64,000 bases of DNA from Eubacteriales bacterium (GCA_045589235.1 JAZNOR010000001.1:2503-66502); one strand, 5' to 3'. Shown: positions 18,631 through 32,015, numbered from the stretch's first letter. Translations and numbers: made by a program. The notes: generated by a model from the sequence alone, not told the origin.

Positions 18631-20328
18631 ATGTTTTCTCAAAAAAGACTTGGCATTATAAAGCTTGCGTTTTACATACTTATCCCTATTGCAACTCTCT
18701 TTTTGGTAGAGTGGTTACAAGGGGTTTTTCCTAATGTATTAACATTGAATTTTTGGCTTAATATCGTATGTTATTTTGGTATCTATCTGCTTTTCCACGG
18801 AATAACGAACAGTTTGTTTTGGGGAATCGTTCCCGTGCTTGCACTCATTCTGTTTTTTGGAACAACAAATCACTATATGATTGCCATAAGAAGCAAAGCA
18901 CTGCTCCCGTGGGAAATTTTTGCGCTCACTACCGCAAAAAATTTGAATGGAAATTTTTCGCTCACATTTGAAATTCCCGTTGCAGTAACTATTATTGCGT
19001 TTATTATAATAGCAATTTTGGCGTGGAAATTCAGAAAAATAAAACTTTTTAACAATGCCCGTTATGCAACGTTTTTTGCCGGTGTAATTTTGCTTGCAAC
19101 TCTTTGGGGAATAATGTGGGATGAGCCGAAGAGTATATCCTCCGACCCGTGGTATACCGTTGATGCATCACGCCAGAACGGAATGCTTCTTAATTTAGTG
19201 CACAATGCGAAATCCATGATAAATCCCAAACCTGATGGATACTCTGCTGAGCGTGTGCGTGAAATTATCGGAAGTGAAGAGAAAAAAACAGGTTATGATA
19301 CACCTGATATAATCGTAATTATGGATGAAAGCTTTGCGGATTTATCGTCTATTGCACCGCTTTACGAAGAGCATGATTTTATTCCGTTTATTCGCTCGCT
19401 TTCTGAAAACACAATTTCAGGAAACATCCGTGTTTCTGTTTTTGGTGGCGGAACATGTAATACGGAGTATGAATTCTTAACGGGTAATGCAACGCCGATG
19501 CTTAGAGTTGGCAGTTACCCTATGGTGCAATTTGTAAAAAAAGATTCTCCGTCGATTGCGAAAACTTTAAAAGCGGCAGGCTACAGGACAATCGGCTTAC
19601 ATTCATTCTATCCGGATGGTTGGAACCGTGATATGGCGTATCCGAAGCTTGGGTTTGATAAATTTTTATGCAATTATGATTTTGAAAATCCGGAATACAT
19701 AAGAGAGTATATTTCAGATGCCTCATCGTTTGATAAAATAATTGAGCTTTTGGAGGAGGATGCGCAGCCTGCATTTATTTTCAATGTAACTATGCAGAAT
19801 CACTTTGGCTACGAAAAGGAATTTGATAATTTAACCGAAGATGCGGTGTTCCCTGAAATGGAAGAGTTTCCGCAGGCGAGAAGATATTTTTCGCTACTGT
19901 CACTCACGGATAAAGCAGTGCGTGATTTGGTAGAATATTTAGAGAATAGAGAGCGCCCGACGGTTCTTTTGTTCTTTGGCGACCACATGCCGTCGCTTGA
20001 GAGCGAGTATTATGATGTTTTAAAAGAGCGTGCAGGGATTTCTGATGATGAGATGCACGTTAAAAAACATACGGTTCCATTTTTTATTTGGGCCAATTAT
20101 GATATACCGGAGCAAAAGGATCTATATATAAGCTCAAGTTTCTTATCTCCACTATTACTGGAGTGTACCAATGGCCCGATGAGCGAGCATCAGACGTATC
20201 TTTCGCGCCTTTTAGAAAAGATGCCGCTTTGGGAAGAAGGAAGTGCTAAAGATGTGCTTGAATATAAAATGGTGCAGTACAATATGGTGTTTGATAAATT
20301 CAAAAAGCAAGGAGAGCTTTTCAAATGA
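18631..20328 (+). CDS. LtaS/BcsG-like membrane-anchored alkaline-phosphatase-superfamily (sulfatase-fold) transferase
   Basis: An N-terminal multi-TM region is followed by an extracytoplasmic domain carrying MDESFAD, GGGTCNTEYEFLTG (Thr nucleophile region) and FFGDHMPS. The start is at ATG 18631 (GAGGAG 10 nt upstream). The ATG at 18586 is an alternative. Confidence 0.8.
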   Translation: MFSQKRLGIIKLAFYILIPIATLFLVEWLQGVFPNVLTLNFWLNIVCYFGIYLLFHGITNSLFWGIVPVLALILFFGTTNHYMIAIRSKALLPWEIFALTTAKNLNGNFSLTFEIPVAVTIIAFIIIAILAWKFRKIKLFNNARYATFFAGVILLATLWGIMWDEPKSISSDPWYTVDASRQNGMLLNLVHNAKSMINPKPDGYSAERVREIIGSEEKKTGYDTPDIIVIMDESFADLSSIAPLYEEHDFIPFIRSLSENTISGNIRVSVFGGGTCNTEYEFLTGNATPMLRVGSYPMVQFVKKDSPSIAKTLKAAGYRTIGLHSFYPDGWNRDMAYPKLGFDKFLCNYDFENPEYIREYISDASSFDKIIELLEEDAQPAFIFNVTMQNHFGYEKEFDNLTEDAVFPEMEEFPQARRYFSLLSLTDKAVRDLVEYLENRERPTVLLFFGDHMPSLESEYYDVLKERAGISDDEMHVKKHTVPFFIWANYDIPEQKDLYISSSFLSPLLLECTNGPMSEHQTYLSRLLEKMPLWEEGSAKDVLEYKMVQYNMVFDKFKKQGELFK

Positions 20329-21071
20329 AACTGATTTCGTGGAACGTCAATGGGCTTCGTGCGTGTGTGACAAAAGGATTTGAAAATTTTTTCAGTGAAA
20401 TAAATGCGGATATTTTCTGTGTGCAGGAAACCAAATTGCAGGAAGGGCAGATTACGCTTGATTTCCCGGGATATTACCAGTATTGGAATAGTGCGGAGAA
20501 GAAAGGATATTCAGGCACCGCGGTATTTACCAAACTTAAGCCGAAATCCGTAAAGTACGGTATGGGAATTGCGGAGCACGATACCGAGGGGCGAATGATA
20601 ACTCTTGAGTTTGAGGAGTTTTATCTTATAAATGTCTATGTCCCGAATGCACAGCGAGAACTTGCGAGAATTGACTACCGCATGGAGTGGGAGAGAGCAT
20701 TTTTAAAGTATTGTAAAAGCTTTGATAAGCCGGTTATAGTTTGCGGAGATATGAATGTTGCCCGAAGTGCAATTGAGCTTAAGAACCCAAAATCTAATGA
20801 AAACAGTGCAGGCTATTCAATTCAGGAGCGCGAGTGTATGCAGAGATTTCTTGACTCGGGATTTATTGATACCTTCCGTTATTTTTATCCCGATGTGACG
20901 GGGGCATACACATGGTGGTCGTATATGTACCACGCGCGCGAAAATAATGCTGGCTGGCGTATTGACTATTTTCTGATATCAAAAGAGCTTGAAGAGCGAC
21001 TTGTTGATGCAAAAATTCACAGCGACATTTTCGGCAGTGACCATTGTCCGGTAGAACTTGAAATTAAATAA
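20325..21071 (+). CDS. xth: exodeoxyribonuclease III
   Basis: 248 aa. Motifs are SWNVNGLRA, FCVQETK and a C-terminal SDHCPV. The start overlaps the upstream stop (ATGA). Confidence 0.93.
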   Translation: MKLISWNVNGLRACVTKGFENFFSEINADIFCVQETKLQEGQITLDFPGYYQYWNSAEKKGYSGTAVFTKLKPKSVKYGMGIAEHDTEGRMITLEFEEFYLINVYVPNAQRELARIDYRMEWERAFLKYCKSFDKPVIVCGDMNVARSAIELKNPKSNENSAGYSIQERECMQRFLDSGFIDTFRYFYPDVTGAYTWWSYMYHARENNAGWRIDYFLISKELEERLVDAKIHSDIFGSDHCPVELEIK

Positions 21072-21103
21072 AAAAAGAAGTGTCCTAGGACACTTCTTTT
21101 TTT
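21070..21103. terminator. bidirectional terminator between xth and the solute-binding protein gene
   Basis: AAAAAAAGAAGTGTCC-TA-GGACACTTCTTTTTTT is a near-perfect palindrome. Confidence 0.85.
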
Positions 21104-21114
21104 ATTTTTAAATT

Positions 21115-22695
21115 TTATTTGCCCATTGCGCGGTCATATGCGCTGTTGCAAATTGTAAGGAGTTCCTGAACGCCGAGCTCATCAAGCTCTGCTTTAAACT
21201 TGTCGTACTCGCTCATCGGAGACTGCTTTAAGATAAACTTAGCAAGCATTTCCTTTGTGTAAGTATCAACAGCTACAAAGTACTCGTCGTAAACATCCTG
21301 CTCGTCTTCGTCCCAACCAATCCAGTATAACGGGTTCTGGTTGTCAACAGTTGTTTCTCTGAAGTGCTCATAAACCTCTGTTGAAAGCGGGTTCTTTTCA
21401 ATACCGTAAAGTGTCTTCGACTCAGTACCGCGGAGAGCAACACCCATTGTACCAAAGCCGAACTTAGCGTTCTCTGTCTCACCGGCATCAGCGTCAACAA
21501 GCATCTTTCTTGAGCCGTCTTCTAACACTTCGTATGTCTCGCCCTCTTTACCCCATGAAAGAAGCTCTCCAGCCTCGTCGGAGTATAACCAGTCGATATA
21601 CTTGATTGCATTGGCAATTCTCTTGTCATCGCCTGTGTTGCAGATACCAAAGCCTGTCGGGTTAGTGATATAGTTTGCAATCTTGCCAACACCAATATCA
21701 GTAAAGCCTTCCGGCGGGTCCATATAAGCCCATGTGTAATCCGGATTTGACTCACGGCCGGGGGTATTGAAGAAGCTGATACGGCTTACATACTCCGGCA
21801 TCATAAAGCCGCGGTCTGTAAGGATAAGCTCTTCCCAAGACTTGTTTGAAATTGTAAGGAAGTCAGCAGGAATGAGGTCTTCCTCTAACATCTGCTGGAA
21901 GAACTCGATGAGGTCGAGCATAACATCTTCCTGAGCACCGTAGTTCCATTTTTCGTTATTGAAGTCATAGTAGAGACCGTATGTAAAGTATTCTTTCCAT
22001 AATGAGCCCATAACATCAAGAGCGCCTAAACCGTTACGGAAGCAAAGCGGATAAGAATCCGGATATTTCTTCTTAAGCTCACGAGATACATTGATGAGTT
22101 CATCCTTTGTTTCCGGAACTTTTAAGTTGTTTTTCTCAAAGATGTCGCGGCGATGCATCCAAACGCGAGCGTTACCGAAGCCTGCCGGAATTGCACCTGC
22201 GAAGTAAACGTTACCGTCACCTGCGCCAAGTGTTGCTAAGAAGCCTTCAGCACCTGCCGGCTGCTCAGCAATGATTTTAGTAAAGTTTGGCATATTGTCG
22301 AGATGATCTCTGATGTTTACAAAAGCACCGTCCATAGCGTGAACGTTAATGTCACCCTTGTAGTCCATAAAGAGAAGATCCGGCAAAGATTCCTGAGATG
22401 CCATCATAAGGTTAACCTTAGTGATGATATCAGCAGACGGGATTGCGTTAACTTCGAGTTTAGCACCTGTAGCTTCCTCGATGTAGTCCCAGCAAATCCA
22501 GTTTTCGTTGTACGGCCATGACGGATGACTCGGAACGGTCATCTTAATGGTTGTACCCTCAGCAAAAACCTTTCCGCCAGCAACCTCGCCACCTGCTTCT
22601 CCTGCAGTACCGCCGTTACCGTTACAAGCTGCGAATGAAATCGCCATTGCACCGGCAAGCACTATTGCAAGAATGCGTTTAAATGTGTTCTTCAT
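21115..22695 (-). CDS. extracellular solute-binding lipoprotein (family-1, LplA-like), paralog 1
   Basis: 526 aa. Signal peptide with lipobox (AISFAAC). The SBP-1 fold is inferred from length and composition. No permease gene is adjacent. SD AAGGAGGA lies upstream. Confidence 0.85.
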   Translation of the reverse strand: MKNTFKRILAIVLAGAMAISFAACNGNGGTAGEAGGEVAGGKVFAEGTTIKMTVPSHPSWPYNENWICWDYIEEATGAKLEVNAIPSADIITKVNLMMASQESLPDLLFMDYKGDINVHAMDGAFVNIRDHLDNMPNFTKIIAEQPAGAEGFLATLGAGDGNVYFAGAIPAGFGNARVWMHRRDIFEKNNLKVPETKDELINVSRELKKKYPDSYPLCFRNGLGALDVMGSLWKEYFTYGLYYDFNNEKWNYGAQEDVMLDLIEFFQQMLEEDLIPADFLTISNKSWEELILTDRGFMMPEYVSRISFFNTPGRESNPDYTWAYMDPPEGFTDIGVGKIANYITNPTGFGICNTGDDKRIANAIKYIDWLYSDEAGELLSWGKEGETYEVLEDGSRKMLVDADAGETENAKFGFGTMGVALRGTESKTLYGIEKNPLSTEVYEHFRETTVDNQNPLYWIGWDEDEQDVYDEYFVAVDTYTKEMLAKFILKQSPMSEYDKFKAELDELGVQELLTICNSAYDRAMGK

Positions 22696-22897
22696 AAGTT
22701 TTCCTCCTTTTATTTTGACTGCTTTTGCAGTTAAATACAGTTGCTATAATGCAATTTAAAAATGATATTTTTTAATTATATCTGCATTATATAGAATAAC
22801 AGTTGTGTAGCTAAAAGTCAAGTGAATTTATGAAAGATAGCAAATTAAACACAGCTTATTGACATAGGTTTGCAACCTGTTAAACTGTCAAAAAACT

Positions 22898-22925
22898 AAA
22901 AAGCCGACTATAGAGTCGGCTTTTT
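22898..22925. terminator. terminator at the end of the V-ATPase operon
   Basis: AAAAAGCCGACT-ATAG-AGTCGGCTTTTT lies directly after the subunit D stop. Confidence 0.85.
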
Positions 22926-22926
22926 A

Positions 22927-23583
22927 TTATTTTTGCTTTTCGCGAAGTGTTTCTTCTATCATCATGTCCTTGACCTTCATAAGGCGAGATAAGTTACCGC
23001 GCTCATTTTCGTCAAGCTTCATTGTGATATAACGAATTGTTTCATCAAGACGCGGAATCATAAAATGCTCAAGAGCATTTACACGTCTACGCGTTTTTTC
23101 TATTTCCTGTGCCAGAAGTTGCGCTGTTTTCTCGGTTTCGGCAAGCTCTAAAAGGTCCGCTGTAACACTTGATAGCTCAGCCACTGCATCGTCAAGCTCG
23201 CCTGAGGTCATAGCATAACTGTACGGAAAAATATCTCCGTGCTCGTTGTTTTTCATTTTAAAGTTGTAGATTGGAACATCAACGCTCATTATATTCTTAT
23301 AGTCCATATCGACAGAAACACTCTGCTTCGGAAGCAAAAGTGCCTGCTCAAAGCTCTCTGGTGACATAACAGCCGATGAGAGCGCAAAGCTTCTCTGTGC
23401 GCGGATGAGAGCTTCTTCAACTCGCGCTCGTATTTCGCGGTTTTTCCGCACGATATCCAAAAATTGCTTCATCAGCTCGTCACGCTTATCTTTTAAAAGC
23501 TTGTGCCCGCGTCGCGCAGTGTTTATGCGAACCTTAAGCTTTTTGAGCTCCATTCGCGTTGGGTTGACATTAAGTCTTGCCAT
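22927..23583 (-). CDS. ntpD: V-type ATP synthase subunit D
   Basis: 218 aa coiled-coil protein. The N-terminus MARLNVNPTRMELKKLK is typical of V/A-type subunit D. It is the last gene of the operon. Confidence 0.9.
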   Translation of the reverse strand: MARLNVNPTRMELKKLKVRINTARRGHKLLKDKRDELMKQFLDIVRKNREIRARVEEALIRAQRSFALSSAVMSPESFEQALLLPKQSVSVDMDYKNIMSVDVPIYNFKMKNNEHGDIFPYSYAMTSGELDDAVAELSSVTADLLELAETEKTAQLLAQEIEKTRRRVNALEHFMIPRLDETIRYITMKLDENERGNLSRLMKVKDMMIEETLREKQK

Positions 23584-23595
23584 CGTAAACTCTCC

Positions 23596-24969
23596 TTATT
23601 TTGTCGGAAGATACTTTTCAATATACTCGGGCTTGATTCGCTTAAGCTCGCTCTTTGGAAGGATTGACAAAAGCTCCCAGCCGAGATTTAGCGTCTCTTC
23701 AATAGAGCGATTTTCGGTATAACCCTGATTTACGTAACGGCTTTCAAATTCATCTGCAAATTTTGCATAAAGCTTATCGATATCTGAAAGAGCCGCTTCG
23801 CCTAAAATTGTCATAAGCTCTTTTGCCTCTTTGCCGCGTGCATAAGCTGCAAAGAGCTGGTTCATTGTTCCGGAATGATCTTCGCGTGTTTTTCCTGCAC
23901 CGATACCCTTGTCTTTAAGACGAGAAAGTGACGGGAGAACATCGACCGGAGGCTGCATATCCTTGCGGTATAACTCGCGAGAGAGAATAATCTGCCCCTC
24001 GGTGATATAGCCGGTAAGGTCAGGAATCGGATGAGTCTTGTCATCCTCAGGCATTGAGAGAATCGGAATCATTGTGATTGAACCGGTGCTGTCAAGCGTT
24101 CTTCCTGCGCGCTCATACATAGACGCAAGGTCAGTGTATAAATAACCCGGATATCCGCGGCGAGAAGGGACTTCTTTGCGCGCTGCCGAAACTTCGCGTA
24201 GTGCTTCTGCATAGTTTGTGATATCAGTCATAATAACGAGTACATGCATATTCTTCTTAAATGCGAGATACTCTGCCGCGGTAAGCGCCATACGTGGAGT
24301 TGAAATACGCTCGATCGCCGGGTCAGATGCGAGGTTCACAAACATAACAGTTCTGTCAATAGCGCCGGTTTTCTTAAAGTCACTGATAAAGAAGTCTGCC
24401 TCTTCAAAGGTAATGCCGATAGCGGCAAAAACAACCGCAAACGGTGCATCACTGTTTAAAACCTTGGCTTGGCGCGCAATTTGAGCTGCAAGCTGAGCGT
24501 GCGGAAGACCTGAGCCCGAGAAAATCGGAAGCTTCTGCCCGCGAACCAAGGTGTTAAGACCGTCGATTGTTGAAACGCCGGTTTGGATAAATTCATCAGG
24601 GTAGTTGCGCGATGCAGGATTCATTGGCATACCGTTAATATTGCGGCGCTCATCGGCTAAAATCTCAGGTCCGTTATCGGATGGTCTGCCCATACCGTCA
24701 AAAACACGACCAAGCATATCTTCGCTTACTGCGAGTTCGATTCCGTGACCTAAAAAGCGCGCTTTGCTGTCAGCAAGGTTTATTCCTGCTGAGCTTTCAA
24801 AAAGCTGAACGAGTACGTCGTGACCGTTTACTTCAAGAACTTTGCAGCGACGAACTTCGCCATTGGGAAGCTCCACCTCGCCAAGCTCATCGTAAGAAAC
24901 GTCAACGACATTTTTCACGAGCATAAGAGGGCCTGCTACTTCCTGGATGGTACGATATTCTTTTAGCAT
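23596..24969 (-). CDS. ntpB: V-type ATP synthase subunit B
   Basis: 457 aa with the non-catalytic alpha/beta-type nucleotide-binding fold (SGSGLPH, PSLSRL). Confidence 0.93.
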   Translation of the reverse strand: MLKEYRTIQEVAGPLMLVKNVVDVSYDELGEVELPNGEVRRCKVLEVNGHDVLVQLFESSAGINLADSKARFLGHGIELAVSEDMLGRVFDGMGRPSDNGPEILADERRNINGMPMNPASRNYPDEFIQTGVSTIDGLNTLVRGQKLPIFSGSGLPHAQLAAQIARQAKVLNSDAPFAVVFAAIGITFEEADFFISDFKKTGAIDRTVMFVNLASDPAIERISTPRMALTAAEYLAFKKNMHVLVIMTDITNYAEALREVSAARKEVPSRRGYPGYLYTDLASMYERAGRTLDSTGSITMIPILSMPEDDKTHPIPDLTGYITEGQIILSRELYRKDMQPPVDVLPSLSRLKDKGIGAGKTREDHSGTMNQLFAAYARGKEAKELMTILGEAALSDIDKLYAKFADEFESRYVNQGYTENRSIEETLNLGWELLSILPKSELKRIKPEYIEKYLPTK

Positions 24970-24971
24970 AA

Positions 24972-26741
24972 TTACTGTACCTCCCCTGCAATAAGTGCTT
25001 CAATTTCGTCGTTCATAAGGTCTGCAATTGCAGAATACTGAACCTCATAATCAGCCTCGGAGATATCCTTTGCACGGCCGATTCGCTCTCTTGCAGAGAT
25101 TGAGAAGAGGTCCTTCATAGATGCGCCTGCATCAAGTGCCTTCTTACCAAGTGTGTTAAAGCTTAGTATAAGCGATAACAGTTTTGCTTGTTTAGCTAAA
25201 GATGAATATGAATCGGTATCTGAGAACGCATTCTGCTGCAAGAAGTCCTCGCGGATAATCTGCGCGGTTTCAAGTGTTAATCTATCCTTTGGCGAAAGAG
25301 CATCAATACCGACAAGACTAACAATCTCCTGAAGTTCGCTCTCAAGCTGGAGAATTTGCATTGCGTCAGCACGATTTTTTGAAAAATTCTTTCCAATATT
25401 TGCGTTAAACCACGGGGATAATCTATCTAAGTAAAGTGAATATGAGTTAAGCCAGTTAATTGCAGGGAAGTGACGGCGATACGCAAGCGAACTGTCAAGA
25501 CCCCAGAAAACTTTAACAATACGAAGTGTTGCCTGAGCAACAGGCTCGGAAATATCACCACCCGGAGGTGATACAGCGCCGATTGCGGTGAGTGAGCCTG
25601 CTCTGTCATCTGAGCCTTTGCAGATGATTCTTCCTGCGCGTTCGTAGAACTGTGCAAGACGGGATGAAAGATATGCCGGATAACCCTCGTCACCGGGCAT
25701 TTCCTCAAGTCGGCCTGACATCTCACGAAGCGCCTCTGCCCAGCGTGATGTAGAGTCTGCGATAACTGCTACGTCGTATCCCATATCGCGATAATATTCA
25801 GCAATCGTAATACCGGTATAAATTGATGCTTCACGCGCTGCAACAGGCATATCTGATGTATTTGCAATAAGAATAGTTCTCTTCATAAGAGACTCGCCGG
25901 TTTTCGGGTCGCGAAGTTCGGGGAATTCGCGCAAAACGTCGGTCATTTCGTTTCCACGCTCGCCGCATCCAATGTAGACAACGATGTCAACGTCCGACCA
26001 CTTTGCAAGCTGGTGCTGAACGACGGTTTTGCCGCTTCCGAACGGACCCGGAACGGCAGCGGTTCCACCTTTTGCAATCGGGAAAATTGTATCAATAATT
26101 CTCTGACCGGTCATCATCGGAACATCCGGCGGTAATTTCTCTTTAAACGGACGTCCGACACGTACAGGCCATCTCTGGAGCATTGAAATTTCAACAATAT
26201 CGCCGTCTTCCTTGCGGATTTTAGCAACAGTGTCGCAAACTTTCTTCTTTCCTGCTGAAATTTCAACAATATCGCCTGCCATTCCCTTTGGCACCATAAC
26301 CCTGTGTTCAACTATAATAGTTTCGGGAACCGTGCCTAAAATATCTCCTTCAGAAACGGTCTGCCCCACGGTAACCTTTGGAGTAAATTCCCACTCGCGC
26401 TCGCGGTCCACCGCCGGAACATCAATTCCACGCGAAATGTTGCTGCCGGAAATCTCGCGAATTTTTTCAAGTGGGCGCTGAATTCCGTCATAAATATTCT
26501 CAATAAGACCCGGTGCCAATTCAACGGAGAGTGGAGCACCTGTGGTTTCCACCTCATCGCCAAAACCAATGCCTGCAGTCTCCTCATATACCTGAATTGA
26601 TGCACGGTCTCCGCGCATCTCAATAATTTCTCCGATAAGTTTTTCCTTACCGACGCGCACAACGTCAAACATATTGGCGTGCGCAAGCCCTTCTGCAACA
26701 ATCAGCGGGCCTGAGACTTTTATAATTTTTCCGTTACTCAT
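24972..26741 (-). CDS. ntpA: V-type ATP synthase catalytic subunit A
   Basis: 589 aa. Walker A is GPFGSGKTV. The V-type-specific non-homologous insert is present. Confidence 0.95.
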   Translation of the reverse strand: MSNGKIIKVSGPLIVAEGLAHANMFDVVRVGKEKLIGEIIEMRGDRASIQVYEETAGIGFGDEVETTGAPLSVELAPGLIENIYDGIQRPLEKIREISGSNISRGIDVPAVDREREWEFTPKVTVGQTVSEGDILGTVPETIIVEHRVMVPKGMAGDIVEISAGKKKVCDTVAKIRKEDGDIVEISMLQRWPVRVGRPFKEKLPPDVPMMTGQRIIDTIFPIAKGGTAAVPGPFGSGKTVVQHQLAKWSDVDIVVYIGCGERGNEMTDVLREFPELRDPKTGESLMKRTILIANTSDMPVAAREASIYTGITIAEYYRDMGYDVAVIADSTSRWAEALREMSGRLEEMPGDEGYPAYLSSRLAQFYERAGRIICKGSDDRAGSLTAIGAVSPPGGDISEPVAQATLRIVKVFWGLDSSLAYRRHFPAINWLNSYSLYLDRLSPWFNANIGKNFSKNRADAMQILQLESELQEIVSLVGIDALSPKDRLTLETAQIIREDFLQQNAFSDTDSYSSLAKQAKLLSLILSFNTLGKKALDAGASMKDLFSISARERIGRAKDISEADYEVQYSAIADLMNDEIEALIAGEVQ

Positions 26742-26780
26742 TTTTAACGCTCCATTCTGTCACTTTGTGACTTGGAATCT

Positions 26781-27095
26781 CTAATTATTAAAAATATCTG
26801 CACCTACTGCACGTTCAACTGTTTCGTGAACGCCACGCATTCCAACCCCAAGCGAGCCTTCTTTGCCCGGAATTAAAATGATTGCAGGGCGCATACTATC
26901 TTTATATTCTGCTATATCTTCGGATAGTTTTATTGCGAGCTGCTCGGTTATATATATTATTGCATAATCTTCTTTTGCAAGGCGGTGAAGTGTTTTTCGT
27001 GCATCATCCGCATTTTCGATTGCAAATGTGTCAAATCCCAGAGCTTTAAATCCTAGCGTGCTCTCGCGGTCACCTATTACAGAAACTTTATACAT
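26781..27095 (-). CDS. V-type ATP synthase subunit F
   Basis: 104 aa. MYKVSVIGDRESTLGFKALGFD is typical of V-type subunit F. It overlaps the subunit C gene by 8 nt. Confidence 0.85.
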   Translation of the reverse strand: MYKVSVIGDRESTLGFKALGFDTFAIENADDARKTLHRLAKEDYAIIYITEQLAIKLSEDIAEYKDSMRPAIILIPGKEGSLGVGMRGVHETVERAVGADIFNN

Positions 27096-28071
27096 AACAA
27101 TCCCTCAATCTCTCGCGGATTTCATCACGAGCAAGGCACTGCGTTTTTCCTGCCGTGATTATTCTGATTGCGGTAATATCTGCTTCGCGCGCTGCAATGT
27201 ATGCAACAAGCGGAGCTTCTCCGAATGCAATATATTTTGCTGATTTCAAGTATTTCATAACCGCATTGTCACAAAGTCGTTCAAATTCACCAAGCGGAAC
27301 TTGTGGCGTTGTAAAAGTTGCCGCTTCTTCGAGGCTTGTTCTCGCGTAAACTTCGCTGATTGTGCCACTTAAATATGCATCGTAAACACGGTCTTTGCTT
27401 ATATTTCCACCGTCAATCAAAGCACGATTTATAAAATCGGCATCCTTCTTTTGGCGGAGTGCACGCGTTGCCGCGCGAAGATTTAACACGTCAATTAAAA
27501 GTAGAACATAACCTTTTATAAAGTGATCATTTGATTTTTCCGCCGCAGTTTTCATCTCTTCAAAATATGCACGGTCTAAAATAAAATCACAGCTCTGTGC
27601 ATCATTTGTGCGCGACAAAATTTCTCTTGCCTCAAGGATAGCACTCTGCATCGTTTGAGGAAGATTTTTTAAATCGCCTTGATGTATTGCAGATTGAATA
27701 TCCTTTGCACTATATCTTCCCGCGTTGGAGAGCAAATGATCTGCTGCTTGCTCCGACATATCGCTTTTTAAAATAACTTTTATATTGTGATAATCATATT
27801 TCATGCGAAAAATATCACACACAGCTTTGTTCGGAGATATTTCTGCAAGCGTTTCAAATGTTTCTCGGCGTGCGGAAGCGAGTGCCTTTTCTATTTCAGA
27901 CGGAGAGACACTCTGAAGTTCACCGTAGCCGTAACTTGTAAGCACTTTTGCCATATCTTCAAGAGTTGCTGTATCTATAAGGGCATCAAGCACTGCGTCA
28001 GATAGTAAATTTTTTTCAAGCGATTTAACACGCATTGAGGCATACAGATACTCGGTGTCACGAGTTTTCAT
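27088..28071 (-). CDS. V-type ATP synthase subunit C (d-type)
   Basis: 327 aa all-helical protein in the position between subunits E and F. Confidence 0.82.
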   Translation of the reverse strand: MKTRDTEYLYASMRVKSLEKNLLSDAVLDALIDTATLEDMAKVLTSYGYGELQSVSPSEIEKALASARRETFETLAEISPNKAVCDIFRMKYDYHNIKVILKSDMSEQAADHLLSNAGRYSAKDIQSAIHQGDLKNLPQTMQSAILEAREILSRTNDAQSCDFILDRAYFEEMKTAAEKSNDHFIKGYVLLLIDVLNLRAATRALRQKKDADFINRALIDGGNISKDRVYDAYLSGTISEVYARTSLEEAATFTTPQVPLGEFERLCDNAVMKYLKSAKYIAFGEAPLVAYIAAREADITAIRIITAGKTQCLARDEIRERLRDCYV

Positions 28072-28082
28072 ATTATCACTCC

Positions 28083-28709
28083 TTAACCGAATAATATGTT
28101 GGCAACATCGCCGGACAAATCATCGCGCAGGTGCGAAACAATAGTTTCAAAAGAAGCGTCGATTTCAAGCGATCCCTCTTTTAAGATAAGACCGCCTTTG
28201 ATTTCACGCGTTTCGTCAGAAAGGCGAAGACCTTCTCCGCGTAAAAATTTGCCTGCGGTTTTAAGAATGCTATCGCCACTGAGACTTTTATTTACCTGTG
28301 CAACAACAGCTTTTCCATACTGCGCACGGTCAGCCTCGGAGAAAATAATCTCTTCATTTCCGCTTATTGTGGCAGAGAGTGCAAGATTTGTAAGCGTTTT
28401 TATATACTCTTCTTCACTGCACACTGTGAGCTTATTAATCGCTTCTTTAAAAGCGATGTCAATCATCTGCTGTTTTGTGCGAAGCAACATTTTGCGTGCC
28501 TCGAGTGATGCAACGCCACCAAGTCGTTCACAACGCTCATCCGAGAGTTTTTTGCCTTTAGCTAAAACTTCAGCCGCATCAGCTTCAGCGCGACCTGCAT
28601 ATTGCTCTTCAATTGCTTTGGCATCAGCTTCTGCACGGGCGCGAATTTCTTTTACTGTGTTTTCCGCATCATCTAAAATGCGTTTTGTTATGTTTTCAAT
28701 GCCGTTCAT
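28083..28709 (-). CDS. V-type ATP synthase subunit E
   Basis: 208 aa. An N-terminal Ala/Glu/Lys coiled coil is followed by a C-terminal globular part. The operon position fits. Confidence 0.85.
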   Translation of the reverse strand: MNGIENITKRILDDAENTVKEIRARAEADAKAIEEQYAGRAEADAAEVLAKGKKLSDERCERLGGVASLEARKMLLRTKQQMIDIAFKEAINKLTVCSEEEYIKTLTNLALSATISGNEEIIFSEADRAQYGKAVVAQVNKSLSGDSILKTAGKFLRGEGLRLSDETREIKGGLILKEGSLEIDASFETIVSHLRDDLSGDVANILFG

Positions 28710-28725
28710 ATGGCTTCATCCTTAA

Positions 28726-31134
<2,409 letters not shown>

Positions 31135-31135
<1 letters not shown>

Positions 31136-31449
31136 TAGTCTTTCACAACCTTTTCTGCAATAAATGCTGCGGCGTCATTCATGCGCCCCTTTGCCAGAAC
31201 ACGAAGCTTTTCACATTCGCGCTCGGTACTCGATGTAATTTCAAGCGATGCGGCAGCTGCGGCATCCTCTGCTTTTAAAAGCATTTCGGAAACCTTAGCC
31301 TCTGCCTCCGCAATCTTCTTATCATAGCTTGCGCGAGCGTTTGCTTCAGCCTCTGCAAGCACTCTCTTTGCCTCTGCGCGAGCTGCCGTAATTTTAGCAT
31401 CTGCCTGCGCTTCGGCTTCTGTGATTTTTGAAATTGCTTCCTGTGCCAT
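31135..31449 (-). CDS. V-type ATP synthase small coiled-coil stalk subunit (G/H-like)
   Basis: 104 aa, Ala/Glu/Lys-rich (AEAQADAKITAARAEAKRVLAEAEANARA). It is the first gene of the operon. Confidence 0.7.
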
Positions 31450-31613
31450 TTTTCCACCGCCTTTTAAGCACTACTAATTATTGCCATTTTAACATAATTT
31501 TATTTTTAAGTAAAGTGTGTTTTAACAATATTTATTTACTTTTTTCATTGAAGTATTACAAAAAATGTGATATCCTTAGAAAGAATATATGATTTTGAAT
31601 TTCAGGTGGTATT

Positions 31614-32015
31614 ATGACTGATTTTTTACACACAAAACTTTCGGAAAATGAAGTGTTTGGCATGAGCATGCTCGCGCTTGCCCACGTCGGTGACGCGGTA
31701 TACGATTTGCTTATTCGCACCAGGGAGTGTTCACTCGGAACACAGTCGGTTAAAACTCTGCACCGCAACACGGTAAAACTTGTCAGTGCAGTTGCTCAGG
31801 CTGAGGCCTCAGATAAAATATTGCCTCATTTAACTGAGCGCGAAGCGGATATTTTTCGCCGCGGGCGAAACACTAAAGTTAACTCACATCCGAAAAATGC
31901 GCCACTCGATGCGTACCACAAGGCTACGGCGCTTGAATGTCTTTTCGGTTATCTTTATCTTTTGGGAGAGTACGACAGGGTAAATGAGCTGTTTGAAATA
32001 ACTTTATCTATGTAA
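31614..32015 (+). CDS. mrnC: Mini-ribonuclease 3
   Basis: 133 aa. Motifs are LALAHVGDAVYDLLIR and FRRGRN. SD AGGTGG lies upstream. Confidence 0.88.
   Translation: MTDFLHTKLSENEVFGMSMLALAHVGDAVYDLLIRTRECSLGTQSVKTLHRNTVKLVSAVAQAEASDKILPHLTEREADIFRRGRNTKVNSHPKNAPLDAYHKATALECLFGYLYLLGEYDRVNELFEITLSM

Noticed and set aside
22859-22925. A + strand promoter-like element, TTGACA-16-TGtTAAACT, followed about 10 nt later by the V-ATPase bidirectional terminator.
   Set aside because: No + strand gene follows it, since it would run antisense into ntpD. Any transcript would be about 30 nt long. AT-rich intergenic DNA readily yields such hexamers. I kept it only as a note because it echoes the promoter-then-terminator pattern seen elsewhere.
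28096-28725. A 209-aa ORF on the + strand covering the entire V-ATPase subunit E gene in antisense.
   Set aside because: The sense gene is Ala/Glu/Lys-rich (GCN/GAR/AAR codons), and the complement of such sequence rarely contains stop codons. The antisense product is Ser/Arg/Phe-rich low-complexity sequence with no SD or family resemblance. The sense gene fits the operon perfectly.
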